A stretch of DNA of 34,546 nucleotides. It comes from Candidatus Methanoxibalbensis ujae (GTDB taxonomy: Archaea > Halobacteriota > Syntropharchaeia > Alkanophagales > Methanospirareceae). The translations under genes were made by a program, and so were the position numbers. Location of the stretch: the NCBI GenBank assembly GCA_026134085.1, contig JAOQIN010000017.1:1-34546 (forward strand), read 5' to 3'. The first letter of the stretch is position 1. Each line of letters starts with the position of its first letter. The notes under the pieces were generated by a model that saw only the letters and a program-made list of their open reading frames with translations, made no database searches and had not been told where the DNA came from. This document shows, piece by piece, positions 18,388 through 28,266 of this stretch.

Positions 18388-20130
18388 ATGATAAAAAGTG
18401 AGACCGCAGGCTTAATAGCCTTAGCAGTGATTATGGCTCTTGGAACCGTAGCGATACTTGCCGCAGAGTCAACGCTACCACCCGGATATACATGGTACGA
18501 AGACGAAGAGTTCAAATTTAAGATAGGCTATCCAGAAGGTTGGACTGTGACGCCAAAAGAAAAAATAATATTAGGCAAGAGTGCGATGAACGGCATAAAT
18601 ATCAGTACAGTAGGTGCGGTAATATTCACTGATACCCCAAATATGATCTTTGTGTCAGTAAATTCGGTTAGCGATGTTGAGAAATTAAGAGCTCTTATAT
18701 CAGAGATGGGCGCAAAAAAGGTAATGATAAACGGGAGAGAGGGATACGACATAACTTTACAACCGATACCAATGGTGAAGCAGAGGGCGGTTTATTTCTT
18801 CGTTGATGAGATGTGTTACATAATATCCTGCTCGACCACGGTGGAATTGTTTGATAAATACGCTGACATCTTTGATGCCTCCATAAACTCGTTTGTCATT
18901 GAGCATCCAGCGCCAGTTACTCCAACACCAGCACCTACTCCAACACCTGAAGGCGTTGGAATTGCATCTGCAACAATAATTTACGTGCCTGATAATTATG
19001 CCAAAATACAATGGGCAGTGGATAATGCTACTGATGGAGATACAATAATTGTGAGGGATGGAATTTATGTTGAGAATATAGACATTACGAAGTCATTGAC
19101 GATAAAATCCGAGAATGGCTCTGAAAATTGCATCGTTGAGGCTGAGAATTCAGGTGATCATGTTTTTGAAGTGGCAGCAGATCATGTGCATATTAGAGGG
19201 TTCACGGTGAAAGGTGCAACTGGTTATGGGCATTTCGCTGGTTTCGCTGAAATAACTGGCCCCACCAACATTGCCGGAATATTTCTTTACTATGCAAATT
19301 ACTGCAATATATCGAATAATAACTGCTCAAACAACGGTGATGGGATCTCTCTCTGGCATTCAAATGAGAGCAGCATATTAAACAACAATTGCTCAAATAA
19401 CGAAGCGGGCATCTCCCTTTATTATTCAAACAATAACGACATTTTGAAAAACTACTGCTCAAACAGGTGGGCTGGCATCCACCTCTGGTTTTCACACAAA
19501 AACAACATATTAGACAATAAATGCCACTTCAACACATATGGTATCCTTCTCGGTTATTCAAATAACAACAACATATCAACAAACAAATGCTACTCAAACG
19601 ACTGGTATGGGATTAAGCTTGATTCTTATTCAAACAACAACAGTGTACTGAAAAATATATTCTTAAATAATGATGAGGGTATAGGAATTGTCATTTCAAA
19701 TAACAATACCATATCAAACAACAATTGCTCAAACAATAAGGAAGGTATTTACATCTCAGGTTCATTCAACAATACCATATATTTGAATGATTTTATAAAC
19801 AACACAAAGAACGCTTATTCTGTGGTTTTCTTCAAATCGAGAAATATCTGGAACTCAACAGAGAAGATAACATACACATACGATGGGATCACCTACACTA
19901 ACTACATGGGCAACTACTGGTGTGATTACAATGGCTCTGATGCAAATGGAGATGGATTAGGCGACACTGCTTACCCTGTATGTTACGATAAAGATTATCA
20001 TCCATTGATAGAGAAATTTGAGAATTACATCGTAGCAGAAAAGGAGGAGAGAGAAGTCCCTGGATTTGAAGCGTTTTTCGCAATCGCAGGATTATCAGCA
20101 GCGGTATATCTTTTGAGAAGGAGAAAATGA
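18388..20130 (+). CDS. PGF-CTERM surface protein: PsbP-like domain, PT linker and NosD/CASH beta-helix
   Basis: Signal peptide; YEDEEFKFKIGYPEGW..FDASINSF (PsbP-like); IYVPDNYAKIQWAVDNA; GNYWCDYNGSDANGDGLGD; C-terminal PGFEAFFAIAGLSAAVYLLRRRK (archaeosortase signal). Confidence 0.88.
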   Translation: MIKSETAGLIALAVIMALGTVAILAAESTLPPGYTWYEDEEFKFKIGYPEGWTVTPKEKIILGKSAMNGINISTVGAVIFTDTPNMIFVSVNSVSDVEKLRALISEMGAKKVMINGREGYDITLQPIPMVKQRAVYFFVDEMCYIISCSTTVELFDKYADIFDASINSFVIEHPAPVTPTPAPTPTPEGVGIASATIIYVPDNYAKIQWAVDNATDGDTIIVRDGIYVENIDITKSLTIKSENGSENCIVEAENSGDHVFEVAADHVHIRGFTVKGATGYGHFAGFAEITGPTNIAGIFLYYANYCNISNNNCSNNGDGISLWHSNESSILNNNCSNNEAGISLYYSNNNDILKNYCSNRWAGIHLWFSHKNNILDNKCHFNTYGILLGYSNNNNISTNKCYSNDWYGIKLDSYSNNNSVLKNIFLNNDEGIGIVISNNNTISNNNCSNNKEGIYISGSFNNTIYLNDFINNTKNAYSVVFFKSRNIWNSTEKITYTYDGITYTNYMGNYWCDYNGSDANGDGLGDTAYPVCYDKDYHPLIEKFENYIVAEKEEREVPGFEAFFAIAGLSAAVYLLRRRK

Positions 20131-20305
20131 GGGGTGGCGTGGTTATAAAAGGGTGAAATAAGAAAAAAAATAGGAGGGTACTGGCGTTCGCTGTTCTATT
20201 TGCGACGCTGGCGTAAGTGTTGGAATCAGAAAAAATCAATTTATAAATAAAGCGATTGTGGTCCAACTGAAGACTTCTGAAAATGACATCCGATCTGTTT
20301 CTGCG

Positions 20306-20968
20306 CTACTGGTTTCCTTCCATTTCTTCATGGCTTAACAGAGCGTCACAGATTTTCAAACTGAATTCCTCAGTGCTCTCAGTATCTCTTCCTGTTATCA
20401 CGTTATCAGAAACAACTACGTTTTCATCAACATAGTAAGCACCGTTCTTCTTCAGTTCGTCTATTGCTTCCTTATGGGGGAATACTGTAGCTTTCTTTCC
20501 ATCTAAGATGCCAGCCTTTGCAAGAACCACCGGTGAGAGACAAATAGCAGCTAAAACTTTGTTTTTGTTATATGCCTCTTTAACCATAGCTCTCAGCTCT
20601 TTGTCATCCCAAAGGTATTCCTTTGAGCCTGCACCTCCAACAATAACAATTGCATCATAGTCCTCCACATTCACATCTGAAATCCTCAAATCGGGCTTTA
20701 TCGTTCTGCCAAACATTCCTTTCGCCATTTCCGTAGTTGTGCTTGCTATTGTCACTTCTGCACCTTTCTTCTCAAATATTTCCTTTGGTTCAAAGAGTTC
20801 TTCATCCCTGAAATCCTCTGGTGCTATGACCATGAGTATGTTCCTGCCACGCATCGGTTCGGAAGGTGTTGGCGCGGGAGATATAACATTCTCCTTCTCA
20901 ACAAATACCACAAATATTGCAACCACTGCAATTGCTACTACAGCCACCACTAAGGCCTTCTTTCTCAT
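20306..20968 (-). CDS. DJ-1/PfpI family protein with N-terminal signal/TM anchor
   Basis: FRDEEL, YDAIVIVGGAG, AAICLSP (nucleophile Cys), GILDGKKATVF, VITG. Start ATG 20968 behind SD GAGGTGG. Confidence 0.9.
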   Translation of the reverse strand: MRKKALVVAVVAIAVVAIFVVFVEKENVISPAPTPSEPMRGRNILMVIAPEDFRDEELFEPKEIFEKKGAEVTIASTTTEMAKGMFGRTIKPDLRISDVNVEDYDAIVIVGGAGSKEYLWDDKELRAMVKEAYNKNKVLAAICLSPVVLAKAGILDGKKATVFPHKEAIDELKKNGAYYVDENVVVSDNVITGRDTESTEEFSLKICDALLSHEEMEGNQ

Positions 20969-21819
20969 TTTTCCACCTCTCTTCCACTCCATACCACCCG
21001 ATTGAAGGGGACATCCCCGCAAGCTTTTCACTACAATCCAATCGCAGCACTCATTATATTTCTTCCCATTTTCATCTATGAGCTCTGAGCGGGTTAGGAG
21101 CGGTAGTTGTGAAGTGTATGAGGGCAGGTTGGTGTTTTGTTATAGCCAGTCTCCACTATGACCATAAGTCCAACTTACATCTGTTCCATCCATATCATCA
21201 CATATTCTGAATGGCCACATCCCGTGCAGGTATTGGTGAAATCTATATCAGCTGTTGCAAAGTAACACAGGGCTCCATAAACCATCAATGTTTCACATCC
21301 ATATTCCCGGATGCACGATAATCGTGCTTCCGGCAGTAGCACACCATACACATCACTCCACCATTCAGTGAATGAATATTCCAAGAGGCAAAAAGGATCT
21401 GAAGGTCAGTCGCCCTTTATCTATGATAAATGTTTTAGCTCAATGAAAAATTACAGAAAGTATACACCATGATTCTGTTCCAATCCTCAAAGAAGGAGCA
21501 GGATTTTGCCATCTCATTCCTCCTTGGCTGTATTGACTGGAAAGGTTTGCTTGATATTTGTTGCTTGATATTTGTTAATGGAAATTTCCTCGGGCTGATC
21601 GGGGAGAGGTGGCGTTCAGATAGAAGCGGAGCAGGATTGGGGTATTATTCATCGTGATTGAGCCCTGATTGAGTTTTGAGCCGCCGTGATCTATGCGAAG
21701 TCACTTGCATCTTGATTGAATGATATTTGAATGATATAATAATGAATAATGATGTCAGGGCTCATAACACGATCACGCATTTATCATCACATGCTTCAAA
21801 TCTGCTCAGGTGAGGTGCG

Positions 21820-23799
21820 ATGCAGCTGCTGTTTATTCATGCGGATTTTCTGGAATATGAGGTGAAGCGAAGAACACGCTTTGCTGAGGACATAGCTGAA
21901 GAACGTGAAGATGAGCATGAGGCGAGGGAGAGGAGGGTGCGAGGTAATGCGCGTGTTGATGATGTGCTCGTTGTATTCACAGCGGTTGAGCGTGGGGATG
22001 ACGGAGAAGTTGTGAGAAAAGCGGTAAATGAGACAGTTTCAATAGTGAATGAGGTTGGAGCAGCGAATGTCATCATTTATCCGTATGCGCATTTGAGCGA
22101 TGAGCTCGCATCAGCTGAGGAAAGCATCAACATATTGCGAGCGTTTGAGGATGAGCTCAGGTCGGCATTGCCATCGGTTATGCGTGCGCCATTCGGCTGG
22201 TATAAAGCATTCACACTGAAATGCAAGGGTCACCCGCTCTCCGAGCTTTCACGCAGAATAAGAAGTGGCGCCGCAGGGCGAGCAGACACCGGGACAGTCG
22301 TTGAATCTGGCACAGGCTCAGATGAAGCACATGTGCAACCTGTTTCAGCTGCTCTGGAGGCTGAAGAAAAGGCTGAATCGCATTTTTTCATACTGACGCC
22401 CGATGGAGTCATGATCACAGCGGATGATTTTGCATTTGAAGGTCATGAGAACCTCTGGAAGTTTTACTTGTACGAGAGGGCGAGGAGGCGTGAGGTTGAG
22501 AGAATGCCGCCGCATGTTGAGCTTATGCGCAGGCTTGAGATAGCTGATTATGAGCCATCATCCGATCCGGGCAATCTCCGGTTCTATCCAAAGGGAAAGC
22601 TTATTAAGAGTCTTCTGGAGGATTTTGTGCGCTCAGCAGTTACTGATTTTGGCGCTTCTGAGGTTGAAACTCCTCTCATATACAACATTTCGCATCCAAC
22701 ATTGAGCGAATATCTCAACAGATTTCCAGCTAGACAATATGAAATAATAGGAAAGCACGGGAAGCCTGAGCTTTTCATGCGATTTGCTGCTTGTTTTGGG
22801 CAGTTCATGATGGCATCCGACATGAACATATCTCACAGAAATCTTCCGCTTCGCATGTTTGAGCTTGCTGCATCTTTCAGGAAGGAGAAGCGTGGCGAGC
22901 TTGTTGGGCTGAGGAGGCTCAGAAAGTTCACGATGCCAGACATGCACACATTGTGTATGAGCATGGAGGATGCGATGGAGGAGTTCAAAAGGCAGTTCTC
23001 GCTATGCATGCGAGTGCTTGAGGATATCGGGTTCGGCAGGGATGAATATGAGGTTGCCATAAGGTTCACAAGAGATTTCTACGATGCTCACAGAGATTTC
23101 ATATATGATCTTGTGAGAATTGCTGCCAAACCAGTTCTTGCAGAGGTCTGGGAGGAGCGCTTCTTCTACTTTGTGCTGAAATTTGAGTTCAACTTCATTG
23201 ATGCAACTGGAAAGGCATCCGCACTGTCAACAGTTCAGATAGATGTGGAGAACGCGGCGAGATACAACATCTCATACACAACAGTATCAGGCGAAAAAAA
23301 GAACCCGATCATACTGCACTGCTCTCCGAGCGGAGCAATTGAAAGATGCATATATGCACTTCTTGAGCGCGCATTCCTGAAAATGGAGCGTGAAGGGGTG
23401 CTGCCAATGCTACCTGTTTGGCTGTCTCCAACGCAGGTCCGCATAATTCCCGTTGCAGACAGACATCTTTCGTATGCTGAGAAAATCATTGAGGAGCTAT
23501 CTGATTGTGGGATCCGTGCGGATATTGACGACAGAGAGGAAAGCGTCTCACGAAAAATAAGAGATGCCGGTAGAGAATGGATCCCCTATGTCGCTGTCAT
23601 CGGGGACAAAGAGATTGAAAATGACATGCTGAGCGTCACCATACGAGAGGAATCAGACAAAACACACGCTAAAATCGCTGAAATGAGCGTATCAGAGCTT
23701 AAGGAAAGAGTTCTGAGAGAAATAAATGAAAAACCTCTCAGAAAACTTCCTCTCCCTCAGAGACTTTCAGCACGAGCAAAGTTCGTGGGCAGCACATGA
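21820..23799 (+). CDS. thrS: Threonyl-tRNA synthetase, archaeal type with N-terminal editing domain
   Basis: MQLLFIHAD, YPYAHLS, RAPFGWYKAF..CKGHPLSELSR, MRFAACFGQF, GLRRLRKFTMPDMH, LHCSPSGAIER, WLSPTQVR. Confidence 0.97.
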   Translation: MQLLFIHADFLEYEVKRRTRFAEDIAEEREDEHEARERRVRGNARVDDVLVVFTAVERGDDGEVVRKAVNETVSIVNEVGAANVIIYPYAHLSDELASAEESINILRAFEDELRSALPSVMRAPFGWYKAFTLKCKGHPLSELSRRIRSGAAGRADTGTVVESGTGSDEAHVQPVSAALEAEEKAESHFFILTPDGVMITADDFAFEGHENLWKFYLYERARRREVERMPPHVELMRRLEIADYEPSSDPGNLRFYPKGKLIKSLLEDFVRSAVTDFGASEVETPLIYNISHPTLSEYLNRFPARQYEIIGKHGKPELFMRFAACFGQFMMASDMNISHRNLPLRMFELAASFRKEKRGELVGLRRLRKFTMPDMHTLCMSMEDAMEEFKRQFSLCMRVLEDIGFGRDEYEVAIRFTRDFYDAHRDFIYDLVRIAAKPVLAEVWEERFFYFVLKFEFNFIDATGKASALSTVQIDVENAARYNISYTTVSGEKKNPIILHCSPSGAIERCIYALLERAFLKMEREGVLPMLPVWLSPTQVRIIPVADRHLSYAEKIIEELSDCGIRADIDDREESVSRKIRDAGREWIPYVAVIGDKEIENDMLSVTIREESDKTHAKIAEMSVSELKERVLREINEKPLRKLPLPQRLSARAKFVGST

Positions 23800-23801
23800 G
23801 A

Positions 23802-23885
23802 GCAGTGGCAGCGATGGCAGCAATGACAATGACCGCAATGACAGCAATGACAGCAATGACAGCAATAGCAGCAATGACAATGACA
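23802..23885. repeat. 9-bp degenerate tandem repeat (GCAATGACA)n filling the thrS-SAMP intergenic space
   Basis: gcagtggca gcgatggca gcaatgaca ... gcaatgaca gcaatgaca gcaatgaca gcaatagca gcaatgaca. Confidence 0.9.
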
Positions 23886-23890
23886 CAAAA

Positions 23891-24115
23891 TTAGCCGCCT
23901 GATACCACACGAATTATCTCTATCCTGCTTTCTTTTCGCACAATTTCATCCTCAGGTACTGGCTCCCCATCCTGCAGAACAATGACCTCAACTGGATTCA
24001 ATCCGAGATTTTCAAGAAGATGCTCGTAATCATCGCCTTCTTGGATCTCCACGCTGCATTCTTTCTGCTCCCCTCTGATATACACCCTCACCTTCATCTT
24101 CTCCATCTTCTCCAT
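23891..24115 (-). CDS. Ubiquitin-like sulfur carrier (ThiS/MoaD/SAMP2-like)
   Basis: 74 aa beta-grasp-like protein ending IEIIRVVSGG; the N-terminus MEKMEKMK is a 9-bp repeat. Confidence 0.9.
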   Translation of the reverse strand: MEKMEKMKVRVYIRGEQKECSVEIQEGDDYEHLLENLGLNPVEVIVLQDGEPVPEDEIVRKESRIEIIRVVSGG

Positions 24116-24263
24116 ATTCTCCTCTGTTCTTTCTCGTTCTTTTCTTTTGTCTCTCCTCCCTCAATCTCACGACCTTACCTCAACCTCAACACTTAACCTC
24201 ACCTGCGATGTGCGATGCTATGTGCGGTCTTATGAGACTTATGAGATAAGGAGGAATTTTATA

Positions 24264-27200
24264 ATGATGGGGTCAGTGACATCCGTGTCAGCATCTGAGG
24301 ATAAGGAAATCTCATCGGCGATAGATGCGGCGACACCTTTGATGAAGCAGTATTTTGAGATAAAGAAGAGATGCGGCGACGCTATACTTTTGTTTCAGGT
24401 TGGTGATTTTTTTGAGACATTTGGGGATGATGCGAGGCGCATTTCAAAGGATCTCGGCATTGTGCTGACAAAGAGGGAGAGGGGCGGGGATGAGCCCATA
24501 CCGATGGCGGGATTTCCATGTCATTCGGCGATGAATTATGTGAAGAGGCTCATAAATCGCGGATACAAGGTTGCGATATGCGAGCAGGTTGAGAAGCCAT
24601 CTCCCAATAAGAAGCTTGTGAGGAGGGAGATAACGAGGATTATAACACCCGGCACTGTTGTTGAGGACGAGCTCCTTGATGTTGGGAACAACTTCTTCAT
24701 GGGCGTTCTGAGCACGCGTGATGTGCCTTCATGCGCTCATGAATGCGCTCATGATAATATCAGATTTGCAGCTGCGTTTGTTGACATATCAACGGGAGAT
24801 ATGTTCATCACAGAGACTGACGGCGACCAGCTGCTATCAGAGATCACGAAATTTTCACCCGTTGAATGCATAATTCCCAGGGGATTTGACGAAGAACTCA
24901 AAAGGGAGATAGGCGTTCACTGCTTCATAAACGAGGTTGATGTGGAGTTTTTTGAGGACGCGATATCCGCATTGAACAGGCTTGGCATTGATCTGCATTC
25001 TCCTTTGAGCAGGCGAGTGGTTAGCGCGACACTCCGATATATAAGCCGCGTATGCATGCGTGACATCTCTCACATTCGTGTCAGAAGGTATGAAATGCAT
25101 GATTTCATGATGATTGATGCCACGACACTGAAAAATCTTGAGATATTTGAGCCTCTGAGAGGGAAAGGAGGAACACTTCTGAGCGTAATAGACAGGACAA
25201 CAACTCCTATGGGCAGGAGAATGCTGAGAGAATGGTTGAGAAAGCCTCTGAAGGATGCTTCAATCATAAAAGAGAGGCTTGACGCTGTTGAAGAGCTTTT
25301 CAGAAAGCCGTTCGTGAGGAATGAACTCGCTGAAACACTGCAAAATCTGTATGACATGGAACGCCTTGTAAGCAGGGTGAAGCTCGGACTGGCAAATGCG
25401 AGAGACCTAGTGGCACTGCGAAGAAGCCTTGAAGCAGCATCAGAAATGAAAAAAAATGTGGAATTCAGCAGCAAAATGCTGAAATCAATTTTAAAACGCA
25501 TTGATGATGTCAGTGAGGTGCAGGAAATCATAAAAAAGGCAATCGCAGATGATCCTCCAGCAACTCTGAAGGAGGGATACATCATAAAAGATGGATTTAA
25601 CGCTGAATTAGATGCGATAAGAAATGCAAAGCGTGATGATGAGCGATGGATAAGAGAATTTGAGATCAGAGAGAGAGAAAGAACCGGGATAAACTCGCTC
25701 AAAGTCGGATACAACGACATAATCGGATATTACATAGAGGTTACGAAGCCAAACTTGAAGCTCGTGCCACCGGAATATGTGAGGAGGCAGACACTGAAAA
25801 ATGTTGAGAGATACTCAACGCCGGATCTTGACAGGCGATCAGAGCGTGTTCAGAGCGCGGATGAGCGCATAAAAGCGATGGAATACGAGATATTCTGCAG
25901 TGTGAGGGATGATGTCTCAAAATACACGAGAAGAATACAGGATACAGCAAAGGCTATTGCCGAGCTTGATGTCCTGATATCTTTTGCAGATGTATCAGCA
26001 ACGAACAACTATGTGAAGCCTGAGGTTCACAGCGGAAAGGATCTCACGATAAAATGCGGAAGGCATCCTGTCGTTGAACTATCAACGGATTTCGTGCCAA
26101 ATGATGTCACTCTTGATGAAAGAAGCAGATTCATGATAATAACAGGTCCCAATGCGTCCGGAAAATCAACTTATGTTCGTATGGTGGCGCTGATTGCGAT
26201 ATTATCGCAGATAGGATGTTTCGTGCCCGCTGAAGAGGCTAAAATCTGCATTTTTGATAAAATATTGACGAGAATAGGTTCGGTTGATGAGATTTCATCG
26301 GGTATAAGCTCATTTATGGTTGAAATAATGGAAATGCTGAAAATAATAAGGCATGCAAGCGAGAGGGACCTTGTCCTTCTGGATGAAGTCGGCAAGGGAA
26401 CAAGCACATATGATGGGATAAGCATTGCGTGGGCGTTCTCAAAATATCTCTGCGAAGTTGGCTGCAAAGTGCTTTTCGCAACTCACTTCAGGGAGCTCAC
26501 AGAACTTGAGAATGAGGAGGGATGTGTTGTCAATTATCATTTTGACGCTGTTGAATCCTCGCAGACACTGCACTTCGTCAGGAAGCTCAAGCGAGGAGTT
26601 TCCGAGAGGAGCTACGGGATAAAGGTTGCTGAAATGCTGAAGATGCCGAGGCGCATCATAGAAGAAGCTGAGAGAAAGCTTGAAATGTTGGAGAGGACTC
26701 ATTCCACTCATTCTGAAAGAATTAAATCGCAATATGAGCGGAAGAAGTGCGATGTGCGTGAGAGAGGCGGTGTGAGAGGTGTCGCAGCAGGCAGTTGTGT
26801 TGCAGCAGGCAGTGATGTTGCAGCAGGTGGTGTCGGGGAAGCTGACAATGTCGGGGAAGCTGACAAGATAAATGCGAAAATAGATGAGGTCATTGCGATC
26901 CTTCGTGATATACATGAGAAGGAGAGGAGAACCACAATATTGAGAGCGATAAAAGAGCTTCAGCTTTTCAAAAGCGAGCGCTTTTCCGCGTTCAAGCTTC
27001 GCAGAAAGTGTGGTGAGGGCATAGATCATTTCATCGCGAAAAATTTGCTTTTCAATTCGCTTGAGAATGTCCGCGCTTATTCTGTGGAGGCAAAGCGGAG
27101 TGCTATAAGCAAGTTTGGATACAGACCGGATGTGATGGCGATCACGGATGAGGGACTCATCATAATAGAAGTGGAGAGGAACATAAAAGCATTCATCAGA

Positions 27201-27431
27201 AAGCTGCGCTCACTTGAGAGCGCGCTCGCTGCGTTGAGGCGCGATGCTCATGAGACAGGAGACCCCATACTGAAGCTCATGCGTGCGGGAGATTTCAAGA
27301 TAATCGTGGGAACCCTGAAAATAAACGAGGGGGACCTGCGGAAACTTCGTGAATCGTGCTCACGATTGAATTTGAATGTTGAGGTATATCACGTGCATAC
27401 CGAAAACGGGGAAATAGCGCGTTTTATTTGA
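24264..27431 (+). CDS. mutS: DNA mismatch repair protein MutS (MutS1-type) with C-terminal PD-(D/E)XK-like nuclease domain
   Basis: TPLMKQYFEIK, FQVGDFFETFGDDA (F-x-E), MAGFP, VAICEQ, RIITPGT, TPMGRR, YDMERL, GRHPVVE, TGPNASGKSTY, SSFMVE, LLDEVGKGTS, FATHF, SYGIKVA, followed by about 245 further residues. Start placed at ATG 24264 behind SD AGGAGG. Confidence 0.95.
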   Translation: MMGSVTSVSASEDKEISSAIDAATPLMKQYFEIKKRCGDAILLFQVGDFFETFGDDARRISKDLGIVLTKRERGGDEPIPMAGFPCHSAMNYVKRLINRGYKVAICEQVEKPSPNKKLVRREITRIITPGTVVEDELLDVGNNFFMGVLSTRDVPSCAHECAHDNIRFAAAFVDISTGDMFITETDGDQLLSEITKFSPVECIIPRGFDEELKREIGVHCFINEVDVEFFEDAISALNRLGIDLHSPLSRRVVSATLRYISRVCMRDISHIRVRRYEMHDFMMIDATTLKNLEIFEPLRGKGGTLLSVIDRTTTPMGRRMLREWLRKPLKDASIIKERLDAVEELFRKPFVRNELAETLQNLYDMERLVSRVKLGLANARDLVALRRSLEAASEMKKNVEFSSKMLKSILKRIDDVSEVQEIIKKAIADDPPATLKEGYIIKDGFNAELDAIRNAKRDDERWIREFEIRERERTGINSLKVGYNDIIGYYIEVTKPNLKLVPPEYVRRQTLKNVERYSTPDLDRRSERVQSADERIKAMEYEIFCSVRDDVSKYTRRIQDTAKAIAELDVLISFADVSATNNYVKPEVHSGKDLTIKCGRHPVVELSTDFVPNDVTLDERSRFMIITGPNASGKSTYVRMVALIAILSQIGCFVPAEEAKICIFDKILTRIGSVDEISSGISSFMVEIMEMLKIIRHASERDLVLLDEVGKGTSTYDGISIAWAFSKYLCEVGCKVLFATHFRELTELENEEGCVVNYHFDAVESSQTLHFVRKLKRGVSERSYGIKVAEMLKMPRRIIEEAERKLEMLERTHSTHSERIKSQYERKKCDVRERGGVRGVAAGSCVAAGSDVAAGGVGEADNVGEADKINAKIDEVIAILRDIHEKERRTTILRAIKELQLFKSERFSAFKLRRKCGEGIDHFIAKNLLFNSLENVRAYSVEAKRSAISKFGYRPDVMAITDEGLIIIEVERNIKAFIRKLRSLESALAALRRDAHETGDPILKLMRAGDFKIIVGTLKINEGDLRKLRESCSRLNLNVEVYHVHTENGEIARFI
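26780..26866. repeat. Two sets of 18-bp in-frame tandem repeats in the MutS-nuclease linker
   Basis: (GTTGCAGCAGGCAGTNNT)-like x3 (VAAGSx) and perfect TGTCGGGGAAGCTGACAA x2 (26831-26866). Confidence 0.9.
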
Positions 27432-27500
27432 CATACTCCACTCGTGGAGATGGAGGTCCATCGGCATAAGTCTCATCCTGCTCTGGCTCAATGCAGCCCT
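27428..27500 (-). mobile_element. Solo IS200/IS605 right-end (omegaRNA-like) remnant
   Basis: Minus strand GGGCTGCATTGAGCCAG...CTCCATCTCCACGAGTGGAG-TATGTCAA. The 20-nt hairpin shares its ends with the 634-653 hairpin, and the element ends in TCAA. Confidence 0.5.
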
Positions 27501-27695
27501 TATACTGGATACTGACAGGATACTGACCTGAGCATCAACTATTGAACCATAACTTCACCAACTCATCTCATGGCCAACCATTGCGCTCTCCTTTGCGTTT
27601 GCTGCCTCAGCGTTTTCATTGTGATGTGGAGCTGCCTGTGGACACTGCCTGTGGACATAGGCTCCCCGGCTGAGATGGCTTTCGGTGCAGGTGAA

Positions 27696-28199
27696 TCAGG
27701 AACCTCTCACCGTCATCTCCTTCATTTGTTTTCTTTTCTTCACATAGGGCACGAGACCCCCCATCTCAATGAGATTCTCCATGAATTCTGGCAGCGGTCT
27801 GAACACATATTCTTCTTTTTTCGTGATGTTTTTTATGATTCCCTTTCTGTAATCAATCTCTATCTCATCACCATCGCTCACTTTATCGCTTATATCCGCC
27901 TCAATCAATCGCAATCCTGTGTTTATCGCGTTTCTGAAGAATATCCTTGCAAATGAAGATGCGATAACGCAGCTTATCCCTGCTCCCTTCAGTGCGCGCG
28001 GTGCGTGCTCCCTTGAAGATCCGCAGCCGAAGTTGCGACCGGCGACAATGACATCTCCCCTCCTCACCGCTGACGGGAATTCAGGACGCACCTTCGCAAA
28101 TGCATGCTTCGCAAGCTCCTCGGGATCTGCTGTTGTCAGGAACTCGGCTGGAATTATCTGATCAGTGTCCACATCATCTCCAAATTTCCACACACGCAT
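27696..28199 (-). CDS. leuD: 3-isopropylmalate dehydratase/homoaconitase small subunit
   Basis: [52 protein letters not shown]. Substrate specificity is not determined. Confidence 0.88.
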   Translation of the reverse strand: MRVWKFGDDVDTDQIIPAEFLTTADPEELAKHAFAKVRPEFPSAVRRGDVIVAGRNFGCGSSREHAPRALKGAGISCVIASSFARIFFRNAINTGLRLIEADISDKVSDGDEIEIDYRKGIIKNITKKEEYVFRPLPEFMENLIEMGGLVPYVKKRKQMKEMTVRGS

Positions 28200-28266
28200 A
28201 TTCTTTCTTTATTTTTATCGTTTGATAAGTTTGATAAGATAATATGAAGCCATTGACTGTGCTCAT

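Noticed and set aside
21100..21400. 69-aa minus-strand ORF with CxxC, possibly a decayed gene
   Set aside because: No family recognised, weak start and stops nearby, so it cannot be supported as a feature.
23802..23885. Repeat array as CRISPR
   Set aside because: 9-bp contiguous units with no spacers. I found no CRISPR array or cas operon in the window.
24147..24263. N-terminal extension of MutS from the TTG start
   Set aside because: Non-homologous sequence overlapping the divergent promoter region; the SD supports ATG 24264.
23891..24264. Functional link between SAMP/ThiS and the divergent mutS
   Set aside because: Adjacency is the only evidence, and gene order in this window looks shuffled.
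25070..27029. Long antisense ORFs inside mutS, and similar ones inside other genes
   Set aside because: Shadow frames of well-supported genes, with no motifs of their own.
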